Part shown: positions 30,784 through 39,614 of the stretch, piece by piece
Numbering within the stretch: position 1 is the first letter of the stretch
How the letters are laid out: every line of letters begins with the position of its first letter
Source of the DNA: a virus
IMG/VR virus record: IMGVR_UViG_3300005838_000009
Coordinates: 3,818-67,817 of that record
Strand: one strand, 5' to 3'
Length of the DNA: 64,000 nucleotides
Notes under the pieces: model-generated
What the model saw: the letters and a program-made list of their open reading frames with translations, nothing else
What the model was told of the DNA's origin: nothing
Databases searched by the model: none
Position numbers and translations under genes: made by a program

Positions 30784-30911
30784 AATTTACCTCACACATA
30801 CAGTTAATATAATCACAAATATCACATGTAGGTTTACCATTTTTTACCCATACATCTAAATGTTCCTTTGAAAGGAACTCTTTTAATCCATCATGTTCTA
30901 CAATTATAGGT

Positions 30912-31127
30912 TTATCCATTACTATTTACGAACGCATCAAATGCGCCTCCTATCTCTCTTGATACTATTGCTTGACAGGCTTCTAAAGGTATATCTGTTG
31001 TATCTACCATATGTTGTGCTATTAGTTTTGGATCTTTAGAGTGGAGCCCCTGCATTAAACATTCTCTTACCATATCATAATTATCCTTAGTTATGTATTC
31101 AAAAGGGTCTTTTTTCTTATTGAACAT
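30912..31127 (-). CDS. Hypothetical protein
   Basis: ORF track; helical. Confidence 0.45.
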   Translation of the reverse strand: MFNKKKDPFEYITKDNYDMVRECLMQGLHSKDPKLIAQHMVDTTDIPLEACQAIVSREIGGAFDAFVNSNG

Positions 31128-31151
31128 GATATATAATAGTGTAGGTGTTAT

Positions 31152-32060
31152 TTAGGCTTTTCCTTTAATCATACATATAGCATCACTATGATTGATAGAA
31201 TCAACGTCTTCTCTTGATATTAATCCTGAAACCTTTGGTCTTTGTGGGTGTGGTGACATATGACCTTTGAATCTAGCATCTGACATTATATTTTTACTTA
31301 CTAAGGGCTCCCCTAAAACAGCTCCTTTCTCATCAATAGCTTCAATATACCAATGATTCTTTCTAATATCAAATCTTAATCTAAATATTTTACATGTATC
31401 TGGTATAACATAATTGGATTTAATGGCTCCCAATTTACCTTTTCCATTACCTTTGACGAAAATATGACCTTTGGATATCTCTTTTGCGTCTTCGATATTA
31501 TCTTTGGCAAATGTAAATCGCCCGTGATGGATACCATCAAACCAAGATCTTGTACCAATAGGAGCGGTGGATGAGATTTGCATGGCATACTCTGACATGA
31601 TGCTGTCAAATTGTCCCATCTTTTGTCCTGATTTTAAAGCCTCTAACCACCATCTATGATTGTTAGGGTCTCTTGCATTAGAGTATACGAATCCCAACTG
31701 AGCGATATCCCAATCGACCTCCTTAGGTAACAGTGATCTATCTTTAATGAGTTTCTCTATTTCTGGTACCTTCATCACATTACCTCTTGGGCGGGCTCCC
31801 TTCATAACCCACACTATTGATGTTTGGAATTTTGGAGTACCTTTGTCAGTTGCTTCGTAAGGATTCACTCTAATCTGTGGTTGTAGTTCAAATACTAAAT
31901 CATAACCAATCTCTGTTCTAACAATTAATGTCTTCACATCTGCTTTATAACGTATTGATCGATACACATCATCGTTTTTCTCAGGAGGCATCTGAGATGC
32001 AGAATTAACATATTTATTAGATTCCTCTTTTACTTTTTTAATATTTTTACTCTTTGCCAC
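31152..32060 (-). CDS. Hypothetical protein downstream of portal
   Basis: 302-aa ORF with its own TATA box (~32083-32090). Confidence 0.65.
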   Translation of the reverse strand: MAKSKNIKKVKEESNKYVNSASQMPPEKNDDVYRSIRYKADVKTLIVRTEIGYDLVFELQPQIRVNPYEATDKGTPKFQTSIVWVMKGARPRGNVMKVPEIEKLIKDRSLLPKEVDWDIAQLGFVYSNARDPNNHRWWLEALKSGQKMGQFDSIMSEYAMQISSTAPIGTRSWFDGIHHGRFTFAKDNIEDAKEISKGHIFVKGNGKGKLGAIKSNYVIPDTCKIFRLRFDIRKNHWYIEAIDEKGAVLGEPLVSKNIMSDARFKGHMSPHPQRPKVSGLISREDVDSINHSDAICMIKGKA

Positions 32061-32092
32061 TATGTATATAGTGCTGATACCTTATATAAATC

Positions 32093-34258
32093 TTATTCTT
32101 CAGATTCTTCTTCTGGTTCTTCCGGTTTTTCTTTAGGTTTTTCTTCTTCTTCTACTTTGTTTATTGCAGTGAATTCTTTATGTGCCTCTTGTAATATATC
32201 TTCTCTTGGTACATATTTAACTTTCTCTTTCTTACCTCTTACAGTTTCCACTAATCCTGGTGCTTTGTCTTCGTCAGGATCTACTATAGTTGCGAAATAT
32301 ATAGTTCCAGATTTCTTATATTCGGATTTCCATGACTTTACAATATTAACTGCAACATCATATGATCTACCATTATCCTTCATAATCTTATCAACCCAGT
32401 AAGGTAGAGTGTGTCCTATTGATTTCTGTGAGTCATTAAATGCACCAGATCGTTTTTTACCTCCTGCAGTAGGGCTACCTTGTCCTTGTCCGCCAGGATC
32501 TGATGGTCTTTTGTTTGATGGACCACCTTGTTTAGTACCAGCATTACGTTCACCATTACCAGTTGTAGAGTTACCTCTACCTTGTTTAACTCCTTCTAGA
32601 CCTTCTGCAGACTCTGCCTGTTGTTCAGCCATAGCCATTTGAGGCATCATGAGTTGTTCGAAAGTTGGTTCTTTTCCTACAATCCAGTCACCAGTATGTG
32701 TACGTTTTACATCGAATCCCATCTGTTGTAAGGTTGCATTGTTCTGAATCTCTTGTGCAGAGATTTCAAGGTCTCTGAGTTCGTCTGCTTCTTCACCTTC
32801 TTTGAGTTGTAGACTCCAATCATCCACCAAAAGTTCTTTAGCTAATCTATCGAAAATATGTGATTTCAAAAAGTCTTGTGACCATTTAACATGTCTGTTT
32901 GTGATAGTAACTTGCATACCCTCATTGGCCCAACCTGAAGGTAATTCACCAAAGTAAAGTGGTAGTACACCAAATGCTGCTCCTATGATTTGTCTAAGTT
33001 CTCTTCGTATATCTATAAATTGTAATTCTTTTAGTGACCCCGTAAAGTCAATCCATTGTGCCATTTGTCTTCCACCCTTATCAGATTCGACTAAAAGTGG
33101 GTGAATCATATATGGATCTTCAATAGCTTTCTGTTCTAAGTTACTCCAGGATTTTCTGAACGTCTCATAGTTTCTTGATGCAATTACAAGTAATCCTCTT
33201 GGTGGACGCATCTTATCAAAATACTTTCTGATATATTCATCCATATGTGATAGTGACATTACCTTACTCCATAGAGCATAAATTGGACTGAATCCATAAA
33301 TTAATCCTGGTTTATATTTACCTGCTACCCAAATAACTTCTCCTTGTGCATATATTACTCTTTTAGGTTGTGGTATACCTACTGAATATACTGAACTTAC
33401 TTCTAATAGTGCTTTTAGAGCCTCCGCTCCACATCTATCACATTTCGGTTTTGAAAGCCGTTTATCTCTATGTTCAAATCTTGGACATACGTAAACAGCA
33501 TTCCGTTTATCATCAAATCCTATTCTACCATCAGAGTCAGCAATCATTGCTACTTGAGGGGGATCTATTCTAATAAGCTCTTTAATCTCAGTTTTAATAG
33601 GATCTATCTTACCAGTGGAATCATTAATAAAGTAGTTCTTCAATAATAATAAGTATGCGTTATCCGCTACCTCCAGGTCTCTTTCGAGCATTCTACCAAC
33701 ATCTTCTATGGTCTGATCGTTATTATTCACGAAACAGGTGTAAAGATTCTGTAAAATCTTTCTATTTTCTGGTTTTGGACGGAGAATATCGTTAGAACCA
33801 CAATCATCACACTCTGGTTTCTCTTTTTCAGCTTCTTCTTGTCGTGTAGTCATTGAAATTCCCATTTCTTGTGTTCCACCTACCTTTTTTACTTCTTTTT
33901 TAGGCTCTTTTTTGGTTTTTTCGTCATTTCCGCGATTATCAAAGCCGTCAGTAGCTGATGGTTTACCGTCAAACTCCTTTCCACAGTTATTACATTTGTA
34001 TTTGTACTTTTCAACGACCTCAAAACCATTTTTGAACATTTCTCGGTTAATTGTCTCTATAGAAATACGTAATGCATCGACATTATCAGATAACTCATAG
34101 ATCATTATGAGTGGAAAAGGAAAAATTGGAAGCTTGGCACCCGTGTCAGTTGCCATATAAGGCTGCATAAGAGCTGGACGAGAAGTTGTCTCTGTAAAAC
34201 TCTTATTTGTGTTAGTTAGTGCCTTATACACATCTCCGAAACGCTGCCTAATGCCCAT
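32093..34258 (-). CDS. Portal protein (with CxxC insertions)
   Basis: RDLEVADNAYLL, YGFSPI, YFDKMRPPRGLL, RRELRQIIGAAFGVLP; first gene of the head module. Confidence 0.85.
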   Translation of the reverse strand: MGIRQRFGDVYKALTNTNKSFTETTSRPALMQPYMATDTGAKLPIFPFPLIMIYELSDNVDALRISIETINREMFKNGFEVVEKYKYKCNNCGKEFDGKPSATDGFDNRGNDEKTKKEPKKEVKKVGGTQEMGISMTTRQEEAEKEKPECDDCGSNDILRPKPENRKILQNLYTCFVNNNDQTIEDVGRMLERDLEVADNAYLLLLKNYFINDSTGKIDPIKTEIKELIRIDPPQVAMIADSDGRIGFDDKRNAVYVCPRFEHRDKRLSKPKCDRCGAEALKALLEVSSVYSVGIPQPKRVIYAQGEVIWVAGKYKPGLIYGFSPIYALWSKVMSLSHMDEYIRKYFDKMRPPRGLLVIASRNYETFRKSWSNLEQKAIEDPYMIHPLLVESDKGGRQMAQWIDFTGSLKELQFIDIRRELRQIIGAAFGVLPLYFGELPSGWANEGMQVTITNRHVKWSQDFLKSHIFDRLAKELLVDDWSLQLKEGEEADELRDLEISAQEIQNNATLQQMGFDVKRTHTGDWIVGKEPTFEQLMMPQMAMAEQQAESAEGLEGVKQGRGNSTTGNGERNAGTKQGGPSNKRPSDPGGQGQGSPTAGGKKRSGAFNDSQKSIGHTLPYWVDKIMKDNGRSYDVAVNIVKSWKSEYKKSGTIYFATIVDPDEDKAPGLVETVRGKKEKVKYVPREDILQEAHKEFTAINKVEEEEKPKEKPEEPEEESEE

Positions 34259-34342
34259 GATATACTATAACTGTCTATGTATATAAAATTTTCTGAAAAT
34301 AAATAAATTTTTCGTAAAATAATGAAAATAAAATAAATTTTT

Positions 34343-34496
34343 CTCACTCCATCGCATTATCACCGAAGTGAGGGGGTAGTGATGTCTCTACACTCTTCTA
34401 CCCTAGTCGAACCTACAGTTACTGCCTCTGGCAATCCCAATAGGTCTAAGGCAGGCACCATCTGAGGTGGGTCTTCCGGTGTCCTGCGACGACCAT
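34343..34496 (-). ncRNA. Candidate ~150-nt structured non-coding RNA
   Basis: GC-rich island with upstream TATA (~34517-34526) and a downstream T-rich tract; four helices by eye, including a cUUCGg tetraloop; G-U pairs indicate the minus strand. Confidence 0.65.
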
Positions 34497-34545
34497 ACTA
34501 TTATATATGCATTACTCTATATATATGTTTAGCTATTTAAGGTGT

Positions 34546-34644
34546 CTAACAGGGACACTCTATACATTCACAATCATCACAGTCACAAACCTTATGATCT
34601 ACACAATCACAATTGTCACATTCACAAGGGTTACTCGATGTCAT
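34546..34644 (-). CDS. Metallothionein-like peptide (32 aa, 10 Cys; not in ORF track)
   Basis: MTSSNPCECDNCDCVDHKVCDCDDCECIECPC*; start overlaps the upstream ORF. Confidence 0.7.
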   Translation of the reverse strand: MTSSNPCECDNCDCVDHKVCDCDDCECIECPC

Positions 34645-34798
34645 ATTCTGGAGTCCTAACCTCTTTCTTTTTATATGATTTTTTAGTATGTTTACTTTCA
34701 AAGGATTTCTTCTCTTCTATGTATTTATCTGGATTAACATGTTTTCTGAAAAAGTGTACAGAGCAACTCTTTCCTTCTTTACATCTACAAATTCCCAT
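34631..34798 (-). CDS. Small basic protein (55 aa; CxC...C..H)
   Basis: MGICRCKEGKSCSVHFF...; TATA-like box ~34818-34826 upstream. Confidence 0.5.
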   Translation of the reverse strand: MGICRCKEGKSCSVHFFRKHVNPDKYIEEKKSFESKHTKKSYKKKEVRTPEYDIE

Positions 34799-34853
34799 AT
34801 CTAGCTATAGTGACTATCATATATAATGATTTTGAATCCGTGTACAAAGAAAA

Positions 34854-34900
34854 AAAAGTTATTAAATAAACAACTTTTACTACAAAAGTTATTAAATAAA
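34854..34900 (+). promoter_or_regulatory. Tandem 17-bp direct repeat, BRE/TATA-like
   Basis: AAAAGTTATTAAATAAA at 34854-34870 and 34884-34900. Confidence 0.55.
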
Positions 34901-34934
34901 TAACAAATATATACAACAAACACGTATAATAAAT

Positions 34935-35044
34935 GGACTAGTAATGTGAGTGTGCATTAGGCTATCCCCTAGTATATCTTATCCTTGTGATAAGTAGTGG
35001 AACGGGTTTAACTGCCTTGACTGGTTTCACGAGCCAGCTAGTCT
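34935..35044 (+). ncRNA. Candidate ~110-nt multi-branched structured RNA
   Basis: Closing stem GGACTAG/CTAGTCT encloses hairpins TAATGT/GCATTA, CTTATC/GATAAG and CTGGTT/AGCCAG; no long ORF. Confidence 0.45.
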
Positions 35045-35127
35045 CTAACTAATCTTTGACTAACCAAAAGAAATCTGTACAGGCGTCACATCTGCAGTTT
35101 TTAAGTCTAAAAATAAAATGTAATTTA

Positions 35128-35241
35128 TCAAATAGTGATGGCTTTATCAATCGATCCTGCTCGTTTCTTTTTGTCTGACTTTTTTCGAAACATACCATCG
35201 GCATCCATCTCACAAGCTTCTCCAGAACATCCGCATCCCAT
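35128..35241 (-). CDS. Small Cys/Lys peptide (37 aa; not in ORF track)
   Basis: MGCGCSGEACEMDADGMFRKKSDKKKRAGSIDKAITI*, immediately after the 35245-35592 stop. Confidence 0.4.
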   Translation of the reverse strand: MGCGCSGEACEMDADGMFRKKSDKKKRAGSIDKAITI

Positions 35242-35244
35242 ATA

Positions 35245-35592
35245 CTATTTAGGGGTATCTTTTATATTAGTTTTATTGTCTTTTTCTAATTGTTCTTTCT
35301 GTTTAGCTTGTATTTCTACTTGATAAGCTCCTAATTTGGCATCTAGGTCTTTTTTTGTATTCGTCTTTACAATAAGAATATTAGACATCTTAATCATCTT
35401 TCTTTGATTCAAAGATATTTGTCTTTGTAAGAAAGGTTGTGTTTCTTCCATTCTTTCAGTATCTTCTTTAAGACCATCTAATGTAAAATTCAATTTTTGT
35501 ATCTCTGTAGCTAATACTTCTATTGTTTCAACTAATTCATCCACTTCGGTTTCTTCCATTTCTTCTCTAAGTCTTTTATGCTTACGGGCCAT
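35245..35592 (-). CDS. Coiled-coil protein
   Basis: Heptad-like charged sequence. Confidence 0.6.
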   Translation of the reverse strand: MARKHKRLREEMEETEVDELVETIEVLATEIQKLNFTLDGLKEDTERMEETQPFLQRQISLNQRKMIKMSNILIVKTNTKKDLDAKLGAYQVEIQAKQKEQLEKDNKTNIKDTPK

Positions 35593-35893
35593 ATATGTGT
35601 TTGCTCTTCTATGAAATGGTTTTTAGAACACTCTACACACATTGGCGAAACGCCTATCTTGTCTTTACGACAAAGAATACAGGGTATATTGAACTCCATG
35701 TTCTCCATACATTTATATTGAGTGCTCACCTATATAATGATATGTTTAGTAAAAAGAATAAAGTGTTTCACGTAAGTGAAAAAACATTCAAAGATGATGA
35801 AGAAAAAATTAATAAATTCCTTGAAAAAACAGGAGGTAAAGTGTTGTCTTGGAATGGATATGAACCAAAAACCTTTGTGGTGGAGTATTAACC

Positions 35894-36115
35894 ATGTGGG
35901 AAGATAAAAAGAGTGCTGCAGCTCATTATGTAGATTTATTAGAAATAAGAAAACATGTTGTAGCTGAGTCATTTGAAGGTAATACATATGTAGGTGAATT
36001 TGAACCTGAAAAAGGTAGAGAATACAGACTAAGAGTTTTAGATGATATTATTGCTATTACAAAAGCTGAAAAAGACGCACCAGATAAAAAAGAAGAGGCG
36101 GAACATTTTAAATAA
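35894..36115 (+). CDS. Hypothetical protein
   Basis: ORF in a run of short plus-strand genes. Confidence 0.5.
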   Translation: MWEDKKSAAAHYVDLLEIRKHVVAESFEGNTYVGEFEPEKGREYRLRVLDDIIAITKAEKDAPDKKEEAEHFK

Positions 36116-36635
36116 ATACAGAGTAACTCTAACCATAGATTTAGAGACCAATGATAAAAATCGTGTATACGATATGTTTCGGAGGGCACTAATAGGTATA
36201 GATGAATCAGAATATAAGGTAGAGGAAGTATGATTAAACGAATCCCAATATGCGACTTTGGTAAAAAGCTAGGTATAAACGGTAAGATACTTACTATCAA
36301 CTATTCATATCATGGAAAGACATATGACGCTGATGACCCAGAACAAGACTTTCTAACAGTGGATGTGGAAGAATGAAAGGTCTATGTCACCAATGTTATG
36401 AGTCAGGTGTTACTTTGATATTGAGAGAAGGGTTACCTATATGTGAGGGTTGTAGTTTAAAATGATATTTTTTACTGAACAAGCTGAGTTTATAGAAGAA
36501 GGTAAATTACAATGAACGTATTAAAAGACGGATTCAACGTCCGTAAAATAGCCAAGACAGATCTTGAGGGGGCAGTAGCACCCATTTATTTGTTAGGACT
36601 TCCTGGCGACTTAGACAGACTGGAGGCTAAGATTC

Positions 36636-36857
36636 GTGATCTTTAAGAGAACAGACGAATTTGGTACAGAATATGTAGACTGTAAAGGATGTAAAAAACA
36701 AATGATAAAGACAGCATCCAAGGTTTGTATGGACTGTTTCAGTAAAGGTAGAACTGGATTAGAAGACAAAATGGACGAATATAAAGAAAAACGTCAAGCA
36801 GATCTACCGGACTCATATGCAAAGATATCTGGTAGACTAAGAGGTTACAGACGATGA
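36636..36857 (+). CDS. Zinc-ribbon protein
   Basis: CKGC...CMDC. Confidence 0.55.
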   Translation: MIFKRTDEFGTEYVDCKGCKKQMIKTASKVCMDCFSKGRTGLEDKMDEYKEKRQADLPDSYAKISGRLRGYRR

Positions 36858-37054
36858 CCGTAAAGTGTCCAGACTGTGGTGTGGAGACATATCGCATATT
36901 TCTTACTGGTAAGCAAGCTCTTTGTATTAACCGTAAATGCCCAATAGATAAATTTACTGTACAGGCATTCGAAAAAAAGTTTAAAGAAGGTAAAATTAAA
37001 AATGATAAAAAAAATAAAAAAGAATCAAAAAGTCACGTCAACTCGAGGAGATAA
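36854..37054 (+). CDS. Zinc-ribbon protein
   Basis: CPDC...CINRKC; ATGA overlap. Confidence 0.55.
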   Translation: MTVKCPDCGVETYRIFLTGKQALCINRKCPIDKFTVQAFEKKFKEGKIKNDKKNKKESKSHVNSRR

Positions 37055-37056
37055 TA

Positions 37057-37689
37057 GTGGCTTTAGAGTGCACACTTGTAGGAGCTTACCAGATATCCAC
37101 CTCATCTGGGACGATATCAAATGTTACCATTGCGGATCTTGAAGAAACATCTGCTGGTTTAACTACAGGGAGCTGCACAGCAGCGACCTTTACGGGAGCC
37201 ACAATTTATACATCTTTCTCATTTAGTGATACTATAGAATTAAACCATAAATGTGAACACTGTGACATTAAAATGCGTGGAGCTGGTAGACTATGTAAAC
37301 CATGTAAAGATATGAGTAAAAAGAAAATTATAGAGTTTAATAAAACAAATGGTAAATGGGAGAAACCACATCAAAAGAAACCAACAACACAAATACAAGG
37401 GTTAAAATTTGATCCAGAGTGGACTTTGATAAATACAGAAACACAAATATGTAGCCCACAACCTGCTATGTTTGCCCTAGGTGTTGAGGACACAATAGTT
37501 GCACCAACAGAAGAAACAGTAACTACGACTTTGACATATGCAAGTTCTGGTGGTACAAGAATCAGAAAACAGATATATGTAAATGGTGTCCTACAAGAGG
37601 AGACTTTAACAAATCAAGATGGTGGGGGTATAGGTGGTAATTATGTAACTGGAACTACTTGTACTAATTGGAATAATATAGTCTACTGA
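37057..37689 (+). CDS. Thr-rich protein with central zinc finger
   Basis: CEHC...CKPC flanked by Thr/Ser-rich segments. Confidence 0.5.
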   Translation: MALECTLVGAYQISTSSGTISNVTIADLEETSAGLTTGSCTAATFTGATIYTSFSFSDTIELNHKCEHCDIKMRGAGRLCKPCKDMSKKKIIEFNKTNGKWEKPHQKKPTTQIQGLKFDPEWTLINTETQICSPQPAMFALGVEDTIVAPTEETVTTTLTYASSGGTRIRKQIYVNGVLQEETLTNQDGGGIGGNYVTGTTCTNWNNIVY

Positions 37690-37937
37690 TATTTCTTAAT
37701 ACAATCTACACACATATCTACTTCCGGAGGGGCATCTCTAATATCACTACCACAGTAACCACAGTGTTTAATACCCATCTTTAACGGATCTATACTACCG
37801 TCCTTTAGGCCTTCTATTAGTTCTTCCATAGCTTCTCTATCTGCGGCAGGCATATCTTTCATTTCCGTAAGGAAATCTTCCGAGAATTCGACTCTCCAAC
37901 CGTTACCTTCTTTTACTGCTTTACCGTGTCTCTTCAT
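37683..37937 (-). CDS. Zinc-ribbon protein
   Basis: CGYC...CVDC. Confidence 0.55.
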   Translation of the reverse strand: MKRHGKAVKEGNGWRVEFSEDFLTEMKDMPAADREAMEELIEGLKDGSIDPLKMGIKHCGYCGSDIRDAPPEVDMCVDCIKKYQ

Positions 37938-38075
37938 CCCTTAACCTCTTCATTAGTTTATCAAACTCTTCTGGATGTTCTTTAATATGTTGTGTTAATT
38001 GCCAATTATTAAACTCCTGTACCTGTTCTGATGTAAATCTTTGGCATAACTCATCTTGGGCTTTTATAATATCCT

Positions 38076-38597
38076 TCATTCTTTATACTCCTGTAGTTGT
38101 TTATTCATATCTATCATAGCAGTATATACTTCCAAGTCACTTATACGTGTTTGCGTTACATGTGATCTATGTCTAAGTTGTTTACCAAATATATCTTTTA
38201 TAAATGAGACAGTATATGTTACTGGTCCTTTTTTACCTATCCATGGATCATCTGCTATCCAATCAATACCTTGTTTAAAGTGGGGGGTATATTCACCTAT
38301 AACTTGTCTAGTTTGGTCATTGCTCACATATACCTTTACGCCTGCATAGGCGTCCGCTCCTATAAGGCACCTTTTGTCTAACTTCATTTGGCAAGTAGTG
38401 CAAATATGTTGTCTCTTTTTAGTCTTCATAGTTTTAGCATTACAGTATGTACATCTATCATTCATACCTTCTTTTGGTTTCATTATCTCACCAAACGTGG
38501 CATTAGTTAATGTAGAAAAACCGGAAAACAGACTAACTTCAGCTGCTGTCATCTTAGGTACTTTGATCATACTCGTATATTCCTCTAAACACACCAT
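38076..38597 (-). CDS. Zinc-finger-containing hypothetical protein
   Basis: CTYC...CTTC. Confidence 0.55.
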   Translation of the reverse strand: MVCLEEYTSMIKVPKMTAAEVSLFSGFSTLTNATFGEIMKPKEGMNDRCTYCNAKTMKTKKRQHICTTCQMKLDKRCLIGADAYAGVKVYVSNDQTRQVIGEYTPHFKQGIDWIADDPWIGKKGPVTYTVSFIKDIFGKQLRHRSHVTQTRISDLEVYTAMIDMNKQLQEYKE

Positions 38598-38872
38598 CTC
38601 TTACAAAACCTTTACCGTGGTGTACAGTTACGCATTCCTCACATGAGCCTATAATCTCGAATTTACCGAACAATATAGGTGCGTCTTCTAATAGCATTAA
38701 GTTATCATCACCTGGTATATCCCTAACTATCTTTATGCGAGCATCGCATTTTTTGCATTTTAGGCCTGGGTGTAGTTTAATTATCATCACTATATATAGG
38801 ATATTGGGATATATAAACGCTTGCGTTTTCATATAAATGTACGTTAAGTACACTCTATGCTTTGCATGTGCA

Positions 38873-39151
38873 CTACGTGCACTCTAATTCATCTTTTAAT
38901 GTCTCTTGGAGTTCCTCATCTTCAGCTATCTTTAAGAACGTCAATCTGCCAAAGTCCGCACCTGCCCAATAGGCATGTTTGTGTATCTGTCTCAATAAAG
39001 CAGGGAGGGCTGGTAGTGCTTTCATTGTCTCCATTATATCTGGGTCTTCTGACTCTAATAGAGAAATGATTGAATTAAACGATATGGCTTCCTTGATATT
39101 ACCTTCCTCTTCTATCTCGTTTGTAAGGTTTTCAATATCTCTAGACATCAC
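38873..39151 (-). CDS. Acidic hypothetical protein
   Basis: ORF track. Confidence 0.45.
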   Translation of the reverse strand: MMSRDIENLTNEIEEEGNIKEAISFNSIISLLESEDPDIMETMKALPALPALLRQIHKHAYWAGADFGRLTFLKIAEDEELQETLKDELECT

Positions 39152-39170
39152 CCTATATAAGGGTCTATAC

Positions 39171-39614
39171 TTATATCCTTTTCCACTCTGGTAGTTCTAT
39201 TTCCATACCTTTACCTTGCTGTGTTACATAGAACTCTTGGTTATGATAACCATCCATTTCACACACTACTTTTACCTTGCCTGCAGGGACCCTACTAGAA
39301 TCAAAAACAATCCTATCATCCTTATAGTAATTACCTTCCTGTAGTAATGTTGCGCAGAGGGGGCTGTCTACTGCCTTTATGGTATAGTGGAATTTCTTAC
39401 GCACGACCCTTGTTCCCTCCGGATCTGATCCACTATAAACGAATTCTACGTTCTTTACGAATCTCTGTTTATCCAGGCACGGTCTACATTTCATTTTTGA
39501 GGTGCGTAATCTTGCTCCACAGTCACAACGTGGAGAATTATATTGGTTTGAATAGTCCTGGTTTAAGCTTGATATTGTTACCATACCTGATACACTACGG
39601 GCCGCCAAGGCCAA
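39171..39614 (-). CDS. Zinc-finger-containing hypothetical protein
   Basis: CDCG...CRPC. Confidence 0.5.
   Translation of the reverse strand: MALAARSVSGMVTISSLNQDYSNQYNSPRCDCGARLRTSKMKCRPCLDKQRFVKNVEFVYSGSDPEGTRVVRKKFHYTIKAVDSPLCATLLQEGNYYKDDRIVFDSSRVPAGKVKVVCEMDGYHNQEFYVTQQGKGMEIELPEWKRI

Noticed and set aside
34400-34420. GGTTCGACT (minus strand) as a tRNA T-loop
   Set aside because: No 5-bp T-stem, acceptor stem or anticodon arm can be built, so it is treated as part of the unknown ncRNA. No tRNA gene was recognised in the window.
34542-34826. 94-aa His-rich plus-strand ORF
   Set aside because: Antisense shadow of the metallothionein-like and 55-aa minus-strand ORFs.
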